Position numbers and translations under genes: made by a program | Notes under the pieces: model-generated | The model's input: only the letters and a program-made list of their open reading frames with translations | The model's database searches: none | Told to the model about the DNA's origin: nothing | In this document: one piece after another, positions 29,301 to 41,800 of the stretch | How positions within the stretch are numbered: the stretch's first letter is position 1 | Layout of the letters: each line of letters opens with the position of its first letter | NCBI GenBank assembly: GCA_051362555.1 | Contig: CM120642.1 | Location: 3,844,001-3,908,000 of the forward strand | Direction: 5' to 3' | DNA from: Lingula anatina | Lineage: Eukaryota; Animalia; Brachiopoda | DNA length: 64,000 bases

Positions 29301-32300
29301 GAACTGACTAAGTAGATCTGGAGAACTTTAATTTCCTATTACTGCAAACTCATTTATTTGCAATTTTCATGTTTCTTTTAAAAGTTTAATTCTAATTTTG
29401 TATAAATGCATCGTCATTTTTCAAAGGATAAACAATGCTTATTTTCAATAATTATGCATTTTCAAAACTTATCACACATATTTGACCTTAGTAAATATTT
29501 ACTTAGTACATCTTAGATATGTAACCTTTTGTGAAATAACATGTTTATACAGGTGGATCTAGCAAGCAAGGTAGCTAGGAATAACACAACTTCATTTTTT
29601 TTCTATTCATTAAATAATGTGTACATATACCAAGAGCAATTTAAAGAGAAGGCAAACTATTTCCAAAAAATATCAACAAAGCCCAGGTTTTATGAATGAG
29701 CTGGGTTAGGAAAGGAAGTACTTGTATCTCACTAAGTGTATCTACTTCAGTTTCCACCTGGTCTCACTAACAGAAGTAGAAGTTATCCAAAGGTGTGAAA
29801 AAAAACAAAAAACAAAAAAAAAAACATATTACAAAATATTTTTTAAAGGTTCAAAATATCGACTCACTTAAACCATCATATTTTTAGCACAAATTCTGTT
29901 GGAAAGTCAATTAAATGATTGACAAAGTATCAAAAATATATCATCGATTATTTGATTTAATGGGCAATGTACACCACTTTTCATTAAATTTTTTAAAAAA
30001 TTAATTTTACTGTTTGCAATGAAATTAAACACTGAAATCACATCCAATTAACTTTGATGGATTAATTCTTAAAGATATATTCATTTCGTTTCACAGATCT
30101 TTGCTCTGCTCGTTAATGAATTAAGATATACATCAGTTACCCTTCTCTCCTGATCATCATAAACAATGTATACCTATCCACTAATAACCCAATAAACAAC
30201 AGATCTAATCAACTTGAGAACTGTGGTGTTGCTAACCCATGTAAAATTCAAGCTCATCTTTCCTAATCTGACAGTTTATGTATAACCCCGACTAAATTGA
30301 CTTACAAGTATCAACCTGGTTCATAGCCATTAGCCAGTCTTGGTGTTACTGTATTAGTTTCCTTATATTTGGCAAATAATGGCCCGACTCACACCATGAG
30401 CCCACAGGTTTGTTTAATAACTGGTGCAGAGACTGTATGTTTAAACTCTGGTGTGTATTTGCAGTGAGATTACTCACTGTTACTCATCCCAGGATTTCCT
30501 ACCAATAAATCTTGTACTTTATTGTAAATAAACAGTAAACCCATTGACACATTCTTTAAACAGTGTTGCAAACCAGAAAACTGTACGGGAAGTCACACTG
30601 GCTATGAGTTGAAAGGAAAAAAAAATCTCAAGCTATTATTATGTTATTTGATGATCTAAAAATGTTCTGACTATTTTGATAAAAAAATATCACCATTTAC
30701 ATCTGACTTAATTACTGTTTTGTTTACTGTTAAAAAACATCTATTGTTTATGGTTAAAGAAGTTATTTAGTACACTTGCATGCACCTTAATATAGAAATC
30801 TATAATCCTGTCTTGTGAGTCAAACACCCCACCTGACCTCTAGTGACACAAAGATTTTCTTTATTTGCACACCTTCCACCACACATTAAAGATTGGGTTG
30901 AAAATGAGATCAACAAGACTTGATTCTGAAGAGAGATTATACCCGGGGAGATTTGGAAGCACTTGAAGGATTTTTTTTCTAAAATCAGGATAATTTTACT
31001 TGCAAGTCACACTAACACCTGCATACAGCGATAAAACCTATTGTAAAGTAAATAAAGAAAGCTAAAAGCTTTGCTTTTTTTATAAAAAAGAAAAAAAAAT
31101 GCTCTGAAGCAACTTAAGACTCATTATCCATTACAATGCAATTACTGTGACTAATAAGGACTACATAAAGACCATAAAAATTCCATCCTCTATCACAAAA
31201 CTATGCAACAGTTAAGGTACACAGACACTGCACAAAGAACTGGGAGGAGTGAGTCTGCAACTGGGGGGAGAGGGATCTGTGATGGGGGGGGGGGGGGGAT
31301 GTCAGAGAGGGTTATCTGCGAGTGGCACACTGAAAAAAATAATCAGTTGACAAGGCACAGATATAGATAAAGACAATCTGGTCACACCACCCCAGCCACA
31401 CCTGTCATTATCATCCTTACAGAGAACAAACCAAGGTGAGTAGCACACCCTTCAAACAGCCCTTTATCACAGGAGCACTTAAAATGATGGAGGTTTTTAT
31501 AAAAATGTCACTCTACATTGTGCTGTTGTGTGTCTTCTCCTCCTTTATCAACCACTTCAGACAGCCATGTTAATCTACCTCTTACTTCAAGAGGACTTAG
31601 AATAAAGAATGTCCCCACCAAGAATAAAGAAACTCTCGAGTTGATTCAGCAGAGACAACTTGACAGTGATTTTGCCGGATGAATTCAAGGTTATTCCATG
31701 TGATAAAAGTTCATAAGTGAATCAGGGAAGTTAATGCTTTTAGAGGAACAGACAAAAATTGAAAGAGGAAGAATAAAGAAAAAAGAGAGAGAAAGAGAGA
31801 GAATGTGGTAGTGAAAGCTGGCAGCTATTGTAAACCATTACCGTGCAACCAAAATAATTCCCCTCCCCAAAACCAACCCTGTCCATCCCTGTTCAGGTAT
31901 TGTCATACACAGAGATACCGCCCCAAGTATAAAATACTTCAGACCACTTACACAATAAGACAGCTATGCGGAACCACTTCTTATCTCATATTTACAATTC
32001 TTTTACGAAAAATCATATATTCATTCATATTCCCTGGCCCAAACTAAAGCCCTAATTTTTTTTATAAATATAAAAACATAATTCTTGGTCTCATATTTGG
32101 GGTGAGAACAGAAAACCCACCCAAGCACCCATTTTCTAATTGAGGTTGCAAAGAACAGTTCATATGAAAGGCAATGCTCCATATCAAAGAGTGATTTATA
32201 AAAGTAAAAAAAACTCCATGCCAATCAGTAATCCAAACTCTGCCTTCGCTTCAGTCCTGTTTATCTCCTAGCACTGCTGGGTATCAGGTAGTCACCGTGG

Positions 32301-32833
32301 TGAGAAAGAGGACCCCCTGAAGATAGACAATCCACTTACGAAGTCTTACCGGCTGGGACTTAATCCCTCTGTCTGAGGCCTTAATTGGCTTCATTAGGGG
32401 GTTGACAGGTAGCTTATCTAAGCCAGTTATACCTGGACGGTTGTGTACATAAACACTGTAACCTTACTGTCAAAGTGGATTATGCTGGTAGCTGATCAGT
32501 AACTGTAGGGAAATTAACTATGATCATGGAGATAAACAAAGTAATAAATAAACCATTAGATCATAGCTGTCCAGACAGTTTTTAATATAACGAACAATGT
32601 GTTATGTAACTATGTGATTATTTTTATGCCCAGAAGGCTGCTCCAACCATTATATATACTCATTTATATATTTAAATAAACAACCAGAAGATAAATCAAT
32701 TTTCTCAAAGAATTGTCCATTATTCTCCCTCCAGGCTCAGTCTAAAATAACAACTGATTCTAGTTAGTTGACCTGTTATCACCAAACCAGACAAAAATAT
32801 CATTTAAAAAGTTATTTATAAGTTATGAAATGA

Positions 32834-34074
32834 GTTACACATATACTGTATGCAGATGACTTGGTTTTGATTTCTAAAACAAAAGATGGCTTGCAAACAC
32901 TGTTGAATAAACTTGAGAGGTATTGTGAGAGATGGAAATTACGTGTAAACGAAGAGAAATCAAAAGTTATAGTTTTTCATAAATCTGGTAGAACTGAATC
33001 ACTTAATTTTGTCATAAATGATAGACCAATTGAAATAGTAAAACAATATCAATACTTAGGGGTAATATTTACTAACACGGGATCACTAAAGAAAACTTTG
33101 GAAAATCTAAAACAAAAAGCCCTCAAAGCAATCTTTGCCTTAAAAGGAGCACTAGCATCAAATGAAATCTCCTCTCCACTCCTTACAATGTCACTCTTTG
33201 ACAAAATGATAAAGCCCATACTACTTTATGGGTGCGAAGTCTGGGGACAAGAAATATTATCACAAAAAAAGATGACTTTGGAAAAACTAAATAAAATGCC
33301 TTTCGAGCAAGTACACTTGAAATTTTGTAAGTGGGCATTAGGTGTAAGGAAATCTGCCAGCAATAATGCTTGCCGAGCAGAAATGGGTCGCTTCCCAATA
33401 TATTTGGACATAGTAAAATTAGTCTCAAAATACAGTGCTAGACTCCAAGAACTCCCAGATAACAGAATTGTTAAACAAGCATATAACAGGGAAAAAATAG
33501 AAAATGGAAGTAACTGGTATCAGACAATGTCAAATATTAAATTATGTTGGGAACTTAATACAAACAGACATAATTGCGAAATCCACAACTACCCAGATCT
33601 TGAAATAGAAATAACCAATGAAATAAAACGAAAATTTTGGGAAGAAATCCATAGAAATACCAACAACAAACTCCGCACCTACAGCAAAATTAAGAAATCC
33701 TATGAAGCTGAGCCATATTTGGAATTAAAAGTCCCTTTTACACATGAAAAAAATCTCTAGCCAAAATGAGGGTCAGTGACCACGAGTTAGAGATTGAAAG
33801 AGGCAGATATACCCACCCCAAAACAAAAATTGAGGACAGAAAGTGTCCTCACTGTAATGCAGTGGAAGATGAAGCTCACTTTTTTCTTGAGTGTACTACT
33901 TATAATCTAGACAGAGAAACATTATTTGCTGCCTTACCAGAGGTAAATGTGCAGGGTCTAGCAGACGATACACTATCCGCCCTATTAAATGTGTCAAATG
34001 AGAGAGGTGTGTCCGCACTTGTAAAGTTTATAAACAGTGCTATGAAAAAACGGAAGCTATCCAAATTGAGATAA
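32834..34074 (+). pseudogene. C-terminal part of LINE ORF2 (reverse transcriptase and Cys/His region), one frameshift
   Basis: ORFs 32861-33760 and 33766-34074 join into one frame if one base is added in the A7 run at about 33747-33753 (HEKKSLAKMRVSDH). Confidence 0.88.
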
Positions 34075-34213
34075 CACCTGGTATTATACTTTAACTTTAT
34101 TATTACTATATACATGTATTTAAACTTAAGTATATTATAATTAGTAGTGTAGAGAGCCTATAAATGTACACTCATTTCATGTGCTCAATAAATTATTATT
34201 ATTATTATTATTA
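32834..34213 (+). mobile_element. 5'-truncated non-LTR retrotransposon (LINE), RTE-X-like
   Basis: The frame begins VTHILYADDLVL (reverse-transcriptase YADD motif) and continues through YQYLGV, ILLYGCEVWG and HLKFCKWALGV. The C-terminus SDHELEIERGRY...RKCPHC...EDEAHFFLEC is a Cys/His motif. A short 3' UTR ends with AATAAA (34187-34192) and a (TTA)7 tail. The clade call rests on remembered motif similarity. Confidence 0.93.
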
Positions 34214-34979
34214 CTTTTTACCAAGTGTGACTGCCTTCCACTTCTTTCTGGACATTCAACTTAAAGATTCTCTGGCAATTGCGCCACTTTCTATGCTGAC
34301 ATCTGATATCTTTTTCTGTACTTTAAGTGACAGGTAAATGTCATGAATACAGAAAAGATAATTTCTGATCATTTACGTGATAAAAACATTTTCAACTCCC
34401 ATGTATTGCATGTGCCAAGAACTTAAACGTTATCGCTGACCCATCTCAGGAACTATGTTCCGTCGTTTGGCCTTATCTGTGCTTTATTTCAAGGAACTCC
34501 TAACACATGTTACGCAAATTTACTTCAGGCAAATTATTTTTAAATGTTATCTGATGCATGCCATGTAAGTCTACAACTTGATTACATTTCATAAACCACA
34601 GCTTTTACACTAGACCTTTCTTGTCAGTTTGAAATGATACTAATAAGGATGTAAAAATGAAAATATAATTGATAATATCAAAATGGCTGAATGACTTTTA
34701 AAAAAAGTAAACTACTATATCAAAGATAAAAAACATATACATATGGATAATATTTTTGACATCCAACAATGAACTTATACCAAATACCACAATTATATAT
34801 TTTTACATGATTTCTACATTAAATGAAAATTAAACTGTAATTTCAATTCTTAGACAGAAAAAGTGGTATGTGGTAATCAGCCAACTTAGTTTATGTTTTT
34901 TTAATATCAAAAGCCAATAAAAAAATCCAATACATTTCAAGAGACTGCATCAGCATTGATTGAAATTCTGAATGCTTTA

Positions 34980-35146
34980 CAGGGGCGGATTTGGGCCATC
35001 TTCAGGGTCTTCCAGAAGACGGTCAGATTTTCAAGTTTAGATTGACGGGTATCTAATGTTTTCTGTCGGAAGACAGTCAAAATGGAGAATGGATCAACAA
35101 AGATAATTTGGAAGACTGTCAGAAAATATCTCTGGATCCGCCCCTG
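34980..35146. mobile_element. Small MITE (167 bp) with CAGGGGCGGAT termini and 5-bp TSD
   Basis: Perfect 11-bp TIRs, CAGGGGCGGAT ... ATCCGCCCCTG. CTTTA lies immediately on both sides (34975-34979, 35147-35151). GAAGAC(G/A/T)GTCA is repeated three times internally. Confidence 0.85.
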
Positions 35147-37441
35147 CTTTAATAAAGTCTTCTGGTGATATGTTTTAAACTTGATAAGATTAGAGATTCA
35201 GAACAGTTTGAGCAAGGCCTAAGAGATAGATTTACTTACATAAGACTGAAGTTACTAAAAGCACTCAACTTGCTTGCTTATTAATAATCACAAAAAGAAC
35301 AGTGAATTGTGTGTAGACAAACACTGGTCTCTGAACCTATTAAATTCACTTCTTTATTATAATTCTTTCAGAGATGTTCTTAATGTCTTGCCAAGTAAAG
35401 TTATTATGTCACAAGGTTTCACACACAGAGTGTAACAGTAGATGCACACCAAGTGCGGTAAGTGTAACCGCTCTAACAGAGCAGAATGATGTAGCGATGT
35501 AGCCAGACTGAGAGTGACATAAATCAAACATGGTTCCGCTATTAAGAATATACTGGTTTACTTTAATTAGGCATCTGTTAGAAAATTAAGCTTTTTAATG
35601 AAAGCAGATGCGGGTAATGAGGGGGAAAGTACAGCCACACAAGGACTACCAGTATAGCAGAACATTATCTGAAAAAGATTAAGAAGATACTTACAGGGCA
35701 TCTAGTGAAAGGGAAAAGAAGAATGCAAAAAGAAAAAAAAGAAAAGAAATTCTGCATCACATAAAAAAGAAGGAAAAGAAAACGGAAAAAGAAATGCTTG
35801 CCGTGTGGCGTTGTCAACAAGAACAGTAGAATAAGCCAGTGGCAACACAGCATAATCCCCCCAAGCAATCAGCTTATTGATTTGGGATAGAGAAAAATAA
35901 TATAGCCACTTGATTGCAATACACCTGAGATGCAGCATGTAAATGCAGTACAAGACAGTTTATCACCCAGAACAACCAAGCTGATCAGAAAATGGAAAAG
36001 TCCTCTAGTGTAACAATGCATTCACTATATAGCACTCCTAATTTCTGTACAGATTGTCTTCTATAAGAAATACCTATCTGTTTAAGAATAACACATTTGC
36101 ACATAATTAAGACTAATGACAAGGGAATTTTTTCTCAGCATGCAGTAGAGACTTAGATGTACCACAGTATAACAGGATTACTGGTTTTTGTCTCATCTTG
36201 CTCAGCTCTGGCTCCATACACTTGTGTGAAATTTCAAATGTATAAAAATCTTGTATTGAGGCAGTAGATGCTGTATAGTACCCACATCTTGTTTATACTG
36301 AGGCTGAGCAGCTTGGTGGAGAATATCCAAGAATATAAAGATGAAAGTATGTTAGGTATCTGGTTTGTGCTGTTTTATTTGTACCTTATTCATTTGGAGC
36401 CTTTACTTCAGATATTGAGCTTAGCAACACATTTTTTTCTGAATTTAATTGTATTTAGATATGACTAAAAATATGTGATTTACGAAGGCAAGATGATATA
36501 TTTTCATTTACTGCTCTGTCACAAATACAAACCTTGTACTTTGTAGAACAGTAACAGCTAATTCTTTTACAGGCCAATTTCATGCACAACATCCAAGGAA
36601 AAACCAGATAATGTATTAAAACAATTACATTTACCTGCCTTCGTTCATCACTGCTGCCTCAACTGAAAATAACAAGCTACATACAGATAATCACCCGACT
36701 TTTTCAAACCTCTTTTTTTTCAAGATTAATCAATCCTTCTGACTCACAAAAATATACTCTCCAGCAAAGCACCACATGACTTTTCAACCATTTCAAGCAT
36801 CATATTTACGTATTGCTAAAAATCATAATTTTTTTGTTGGAAAACTATAAATTTGTTTTGTTCAAATTTTCAGAATAAATATCGTACCACTAAGTCTGAT
36901 ACACTTCTTCTGACAGACACAGAAACAAATGGATCTCATCAAAGGTCATTACCATAATGGTCATTACATCAACAACACAATGTCCACTTAATTCCCTAAC
37001 TGACCGTGGCAAACGGACAGCAATGATTAATGATGAGTTGGCCAATACTAAAGAGCTTTATCTCTATACAACATGCAACTTATACTTTTGAATAATCTCC
37101 ATGATTTCCTTAAGATTGGTCAAAGATGATTTTGACTGATGTGGTGATGATTACATTTTTGTTTATTGGGATATAAGGAGTGGTTTCCAACCATAAAACT
37201 ATTTAAAGAAATCTGAGAAGAATACTTTTTAAAATTGTACACCTTGAAGTATTTTAATTGCATCTACACTTGGAAGGTTTTTAATTGCAGAACATGTTGC
37301 TAATTATCCATGTTTAATCATATTCCACAGACTTCTGACCAAATCCAACTCATTCCTTCTTGAAAGATATACCATACTAGTACACCCTCAAGTGGAAATC
37401 TTTAATTACTCTTTATATTTGGTACCATACAGTATAATAAA

Positions 37442-37689
37442 GGCTTCATTCACATGCAATGTCTATTTTCTAAATTCTATTTTCTATTCGCGGTATGTTT
37501 TATGATCACGGTCTGTGCCCTGAATATCCCACGGCGTAATTACTGGCAGCGCGAGCCAGTTACTATAAGTAACTGGCTCGCGCTGTCAGTAATTACGCGG
37601 CGGGATATTCAGGGCACAGACCGTGATCATAAGATAGCGCGAATAGAAAATAGATTTTTAGACAATAGACATTCCATGTGAATGAAGCC
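37442..37689. mobile_element. Foldback (hairpin) MITE, 248 bp, probably PIF/Harbinger-type
   Basis: The whole element is an imperfect palindrome, GGCTTCATTCACATG ... CATGTGAATGAAGCC, centred on CCAGTTACT-ATA-AGTAACTGG. AAA flanks both sides (possible 3-bp TSD). Confidence 0.9.
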
Positions 37690-38833
37690 AAAGACTGTCA
37701 CCCATGCAAGTGCACTCCATATTTAATCATTATGCAGAATTATCCTGATTGTGTTCAGATGTGAAAAAAATAACAATAATAAGCAGTACAACACAAGCAA
37801 TAATGGCATGATATGCTCATTATTCTGAGTAAATTTCTAGATTATTCTAAACTTACTAAAAACATCAAAAGGATTTAAAATCTATAGAATCAAAACTTTT
37901 AGATATGAGCTTAGCACTCCTTTCACAAAGAACTTTAATACCTTGTGCCAACATTGCAAATCTACTCAAACACGTAATATTCAATAGACTTTTTTTTCCA
38001 AGAGCTATCCCCTGTCCCAGTCTGTATGTTACCACTATTGCAAAGATATAGAATTAGATTGTCTTTATCAAATAAGTAGCTTAAAGACGAGACAAGACAA
38101 GACATTAGTAGCATTGCCACATGTTCTCACACCTAATTAGCACGGGAGTATTATGCAAATTAGATATTCTAATTAGAGAGCCTGTCATCAAGCACTAGGT
38201 CGCATTGGAACAGTTAGTGTTTTCACACATAATTAGTGCAGTTTTAGAGCAACTGATATAAATAATGCACAGAAGTGGGCAGCTATTAACTCTTAATGAA
38301 ATGGATAAGGAAATGAGTTGTTGTGGTAAGTTTTTCTCAAAGAGAGAGTTGTCTACAAAGGTATCTACATATGGACATTGCTGTTAAACTATATGAAGTA
38401 TAAGGTACATCATGCTTTAGCAAGGAGTATGTAAATGTGAGATACGCAGTGTGTCTTATGCTTAAATGCATCTGATGTAACTTATACCCCAGCAGATGTC
38501 TAGAAAACAAAAGAAATAGACATGGTGGATTTCGCTTTTATGCGTGATGCACATGTGCAAGATACACTACCTCTGAGTCTATTTTACCAAAGCCCACAAG
38601 ATTCTACATGCATGCTTTTCATCAGGTTCCGAAAGATAAAATTGACATGTACCATATATCAGTTTCATATTTTATTGTCCCCTAAATATGTGAAATCGGC
38701 ACATGCCGCACTTGTTGTTTATCATTATTATTTTTGATCATTAAGTATTAAAAAATACATTTATAGTTCTATAATAGTAGGTGTTCTAATAAATATGGAA
38801 TGTTAGATATGTAAATTTGAAAGCACCATGTGA

Positions 38834-38880
38834 TGAGAGAGAGAGAGAGAGAGAGAGAAAAAGAAAGAGGGAGAGAGAAA
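38834..38880. repeat. (GA)n microsatellite and purine-rich tract
   Basis: Directly visible. Confidence 0.9.
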
Positions 38881-41800
38881 GAGGCGGTGCTGTGGTTAAA
38901 GGAGGAGAGGAAATAGGAGGGAAAGTCTACCTCAAGTTCCTGATTTCTCTGATACATGATTTCTGCAAGCAACGTATCTATTTTGCAACTATTTAAGTAT
39001 ACACCTTTAAAAACACGCTTGAAAATAAGCTAACCTGCATTTTTGGTTTTCTGTTCTTTTCTTGAATATTCTACCTGTTATACCGAACAATTCATGTTAT
39101 TTCACAATGCCCTAGAGACAAAAATCAACAAAGATATCAACTTAATTTTAACAAATATTGATTTCAATTTCATGGATTTTAGACACTTACAATAAAAGTC
39201 GCTGAAATCACACTGGAAATTAACAGAACTATTTGTGATCCACCCTCACCTTCAGCCCATAGATGAACAGAAACTGAGAAGCCAGCATATGCATCACGCT
39301 CTCGACATTAACCTCACGACATTGTCTTTGAATAGTCTGAGTCTAGACAAACGGCAGCCAGCTTTTTGATAGTGAAATTCTCTCCCATCCCGCAGCTTTG
39401 ATACTGGAGATTTTTGATTGAAAAATCCAAATAACAAGCTAACAGAAACCATTACATATTGTATGGGACAGTTAGCTCAGTATTGATGGCAATAGAGAAC
39501 AACAAGAACTGAGTTGTGATTTCATTTGGGCATTATGATAACTAAATGATGCATTCACCTTCAGACTTTATGTGAGCATAGAGTCAAAATGGCTTTTGTC
39601 AGATCGCTTAGTAGAACAAAAACATTCCCTGTTTTATTTTCCTAATTGATTTTTTGCACTGTTTGCTCATAACTGAAAAGCAATTGAAATCGGAGTTAAT
39701 TCCCTGAGTAAGCTGCCGTATTCTTCCAATCAAATGATGGATGTTGTTGAAACAATTTGAGCAAAATTTGGAGGAAATTAAATCAACTCTCAGTGAATAA
39801 AGCCAAGAATCTTTGATTTTCAGATGTTAGAACACTTATCCAATTTGTTTTTGTTACAACATGACAAGTAGAAGAAATGGGTTGGAAAATAATTTTCTGG
39901 AGGGGTTTAAAGACCCACAAGCGTGAAATAGTTTCCGGGCAAAATTTCAATTCACATTCTTTAAAACTAATTTTGTTAGCAATCCCATAAAAACAATTTT
40001 TTATCCACCCAACTTGGACTACACCACAAATTCATCATCTGCAAAATACTTTTCTGCCTTTTATCTCTGAGCAATTTTTATGTCATAACAAAACCAATTT
40101 AGACACACATCCTCAATATCCTCCTTTTCTTTCCAAAAACAAATAATATCTAGATGATGTTTCTTTCAAATAAATCTTGGGGTTAACATTTTTAACTAAA
40201 AGTGAAGACTGACATATATGTGCCTTATTGCTTTTGATCTGACCTCTGTTTAAGAGCAATACCCATCTGGAAGTGCTTCCTCTCTAAATCCAATAAATCT
40301 CAGAGAGAAAAAAATGAAATAAGCTACCCTAACCACCGGGAATGAAAAGGTTTTATTAGCAATGATCCTGAATGACTTTCATGAAAGGTTATTAAAGTGA
40401 GAGTCATGTTGAGCAGTGAATGTTTCCTGTCTGCAGCGCGCTCATCTGACCCGTTCAAATGGGTTTCACAGATGAACGGATCAATTTAGCCATATGGTGA
40501 CAAATCTTACAAACTGTTTTAGTTTAAAATCCGTAAAAACAATTAAGGAAGAGGAGGAAGAAATGCAACTTATCATATCCATGTTACAACAAATGATATA
40601 AACAATTAATTTAATGTTATTTAAAAAATGCTCAACCACTTGTTTTTTACACAAACACACCAAACAGTTAACCTTGCCACTTTTGCTCTACATTTTGGTT
40701 CTATTTTTCATTTGATGATTATTCAATAGTATTATACTTGGATTTAACTTATTAATACATAAGCATGTACAAAGTTATATAGTTGCTGGTATTTATTTAT
40801 GTAAAGACTTTTAATCTTTGCTAAGAATCCACCCATTTGTACAGTCTTATCAATTGTAATTTAAAACTATTTCTATTTCGTTTCATTTAACACTTTAAAC
40901 TGGCTATAAAAATATTCAGCAGTTGCATATGTACTAGTCTCTACTAGCCACTATCAATCTATTGCAACTTATGTCAATAAGATGTTTTTTCACTATTGTT
41001 GTTGTAGTAATGATTCCATCCATTAACTATGCTGTCCTACCTGCACAGAAAGTCTTTGACAATTCCAGCATGGAGACCCCAACCCAACACTATGGGTCTA
41101 TATGTTGATACTTTGTTTCAGTTGCAATTTCTGAAACACCTGTATCTCATTCTGGAAAACTGCTGCTATGTGGTACCTCATATTTCAGTAAATGTGGACT
41201 TCTAACAGTTTTGTCTCATTGCAGAAAACAATGACTTTCAAAAATTCAATCTATTCCAGTAAAGTGAAGCCTCCTACTCCTGAATATCATTCCTATAACA
41301 TTGATTTTTTAACATTGTCTAATCCAGAAAATAGTTTCCAACTGCCACGTGTCAGTCCAAGAAACATGGTATTTAAAAAATCTCCACATCCTAAGGAAAA
41401 AGTTGTCTTGTACCAGTTAGTACGAGTTTTCTTTCTCTATTCCATTTCAGATCTGAAAACTGCTCGGAATCACAGTTGGTGTCATTCTTGAAAGCTAAAG
41501 TGACACCATTTCTATCACATTTCCGTGAATGACAACTCTTGGTTTCAATACACAGCCTCTATGTGTTGTAATATTTAAGAAAAGACCTCCCAGAGAAGAC
41601 ATTCCAGTGTCCTGCAATCAAAGGACATTTGTGTTTTGTGACAAGAAGCCAAATGGGATCCGTTTCTTACCACACCGTCAGTCTCCACGGTCATCTCGGC
41701 TCTAAATGAACTGACCATGCATATGAATGGCTGGCAAATTAACCAACCCTAGGGGAGATAGTGACCCAAGAGTGAGACTTATGATTCATAATAAAATATT

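Noticed and set aside
36635-36662. 28-bp minus-strand micro-exon candidate (ttattttcag|...GGCAG|gtaaat)
   Set aside because: Its ATG frame ends in phase 2, which is incompatible with the discoidin exon, and the splice signals are only moderate.
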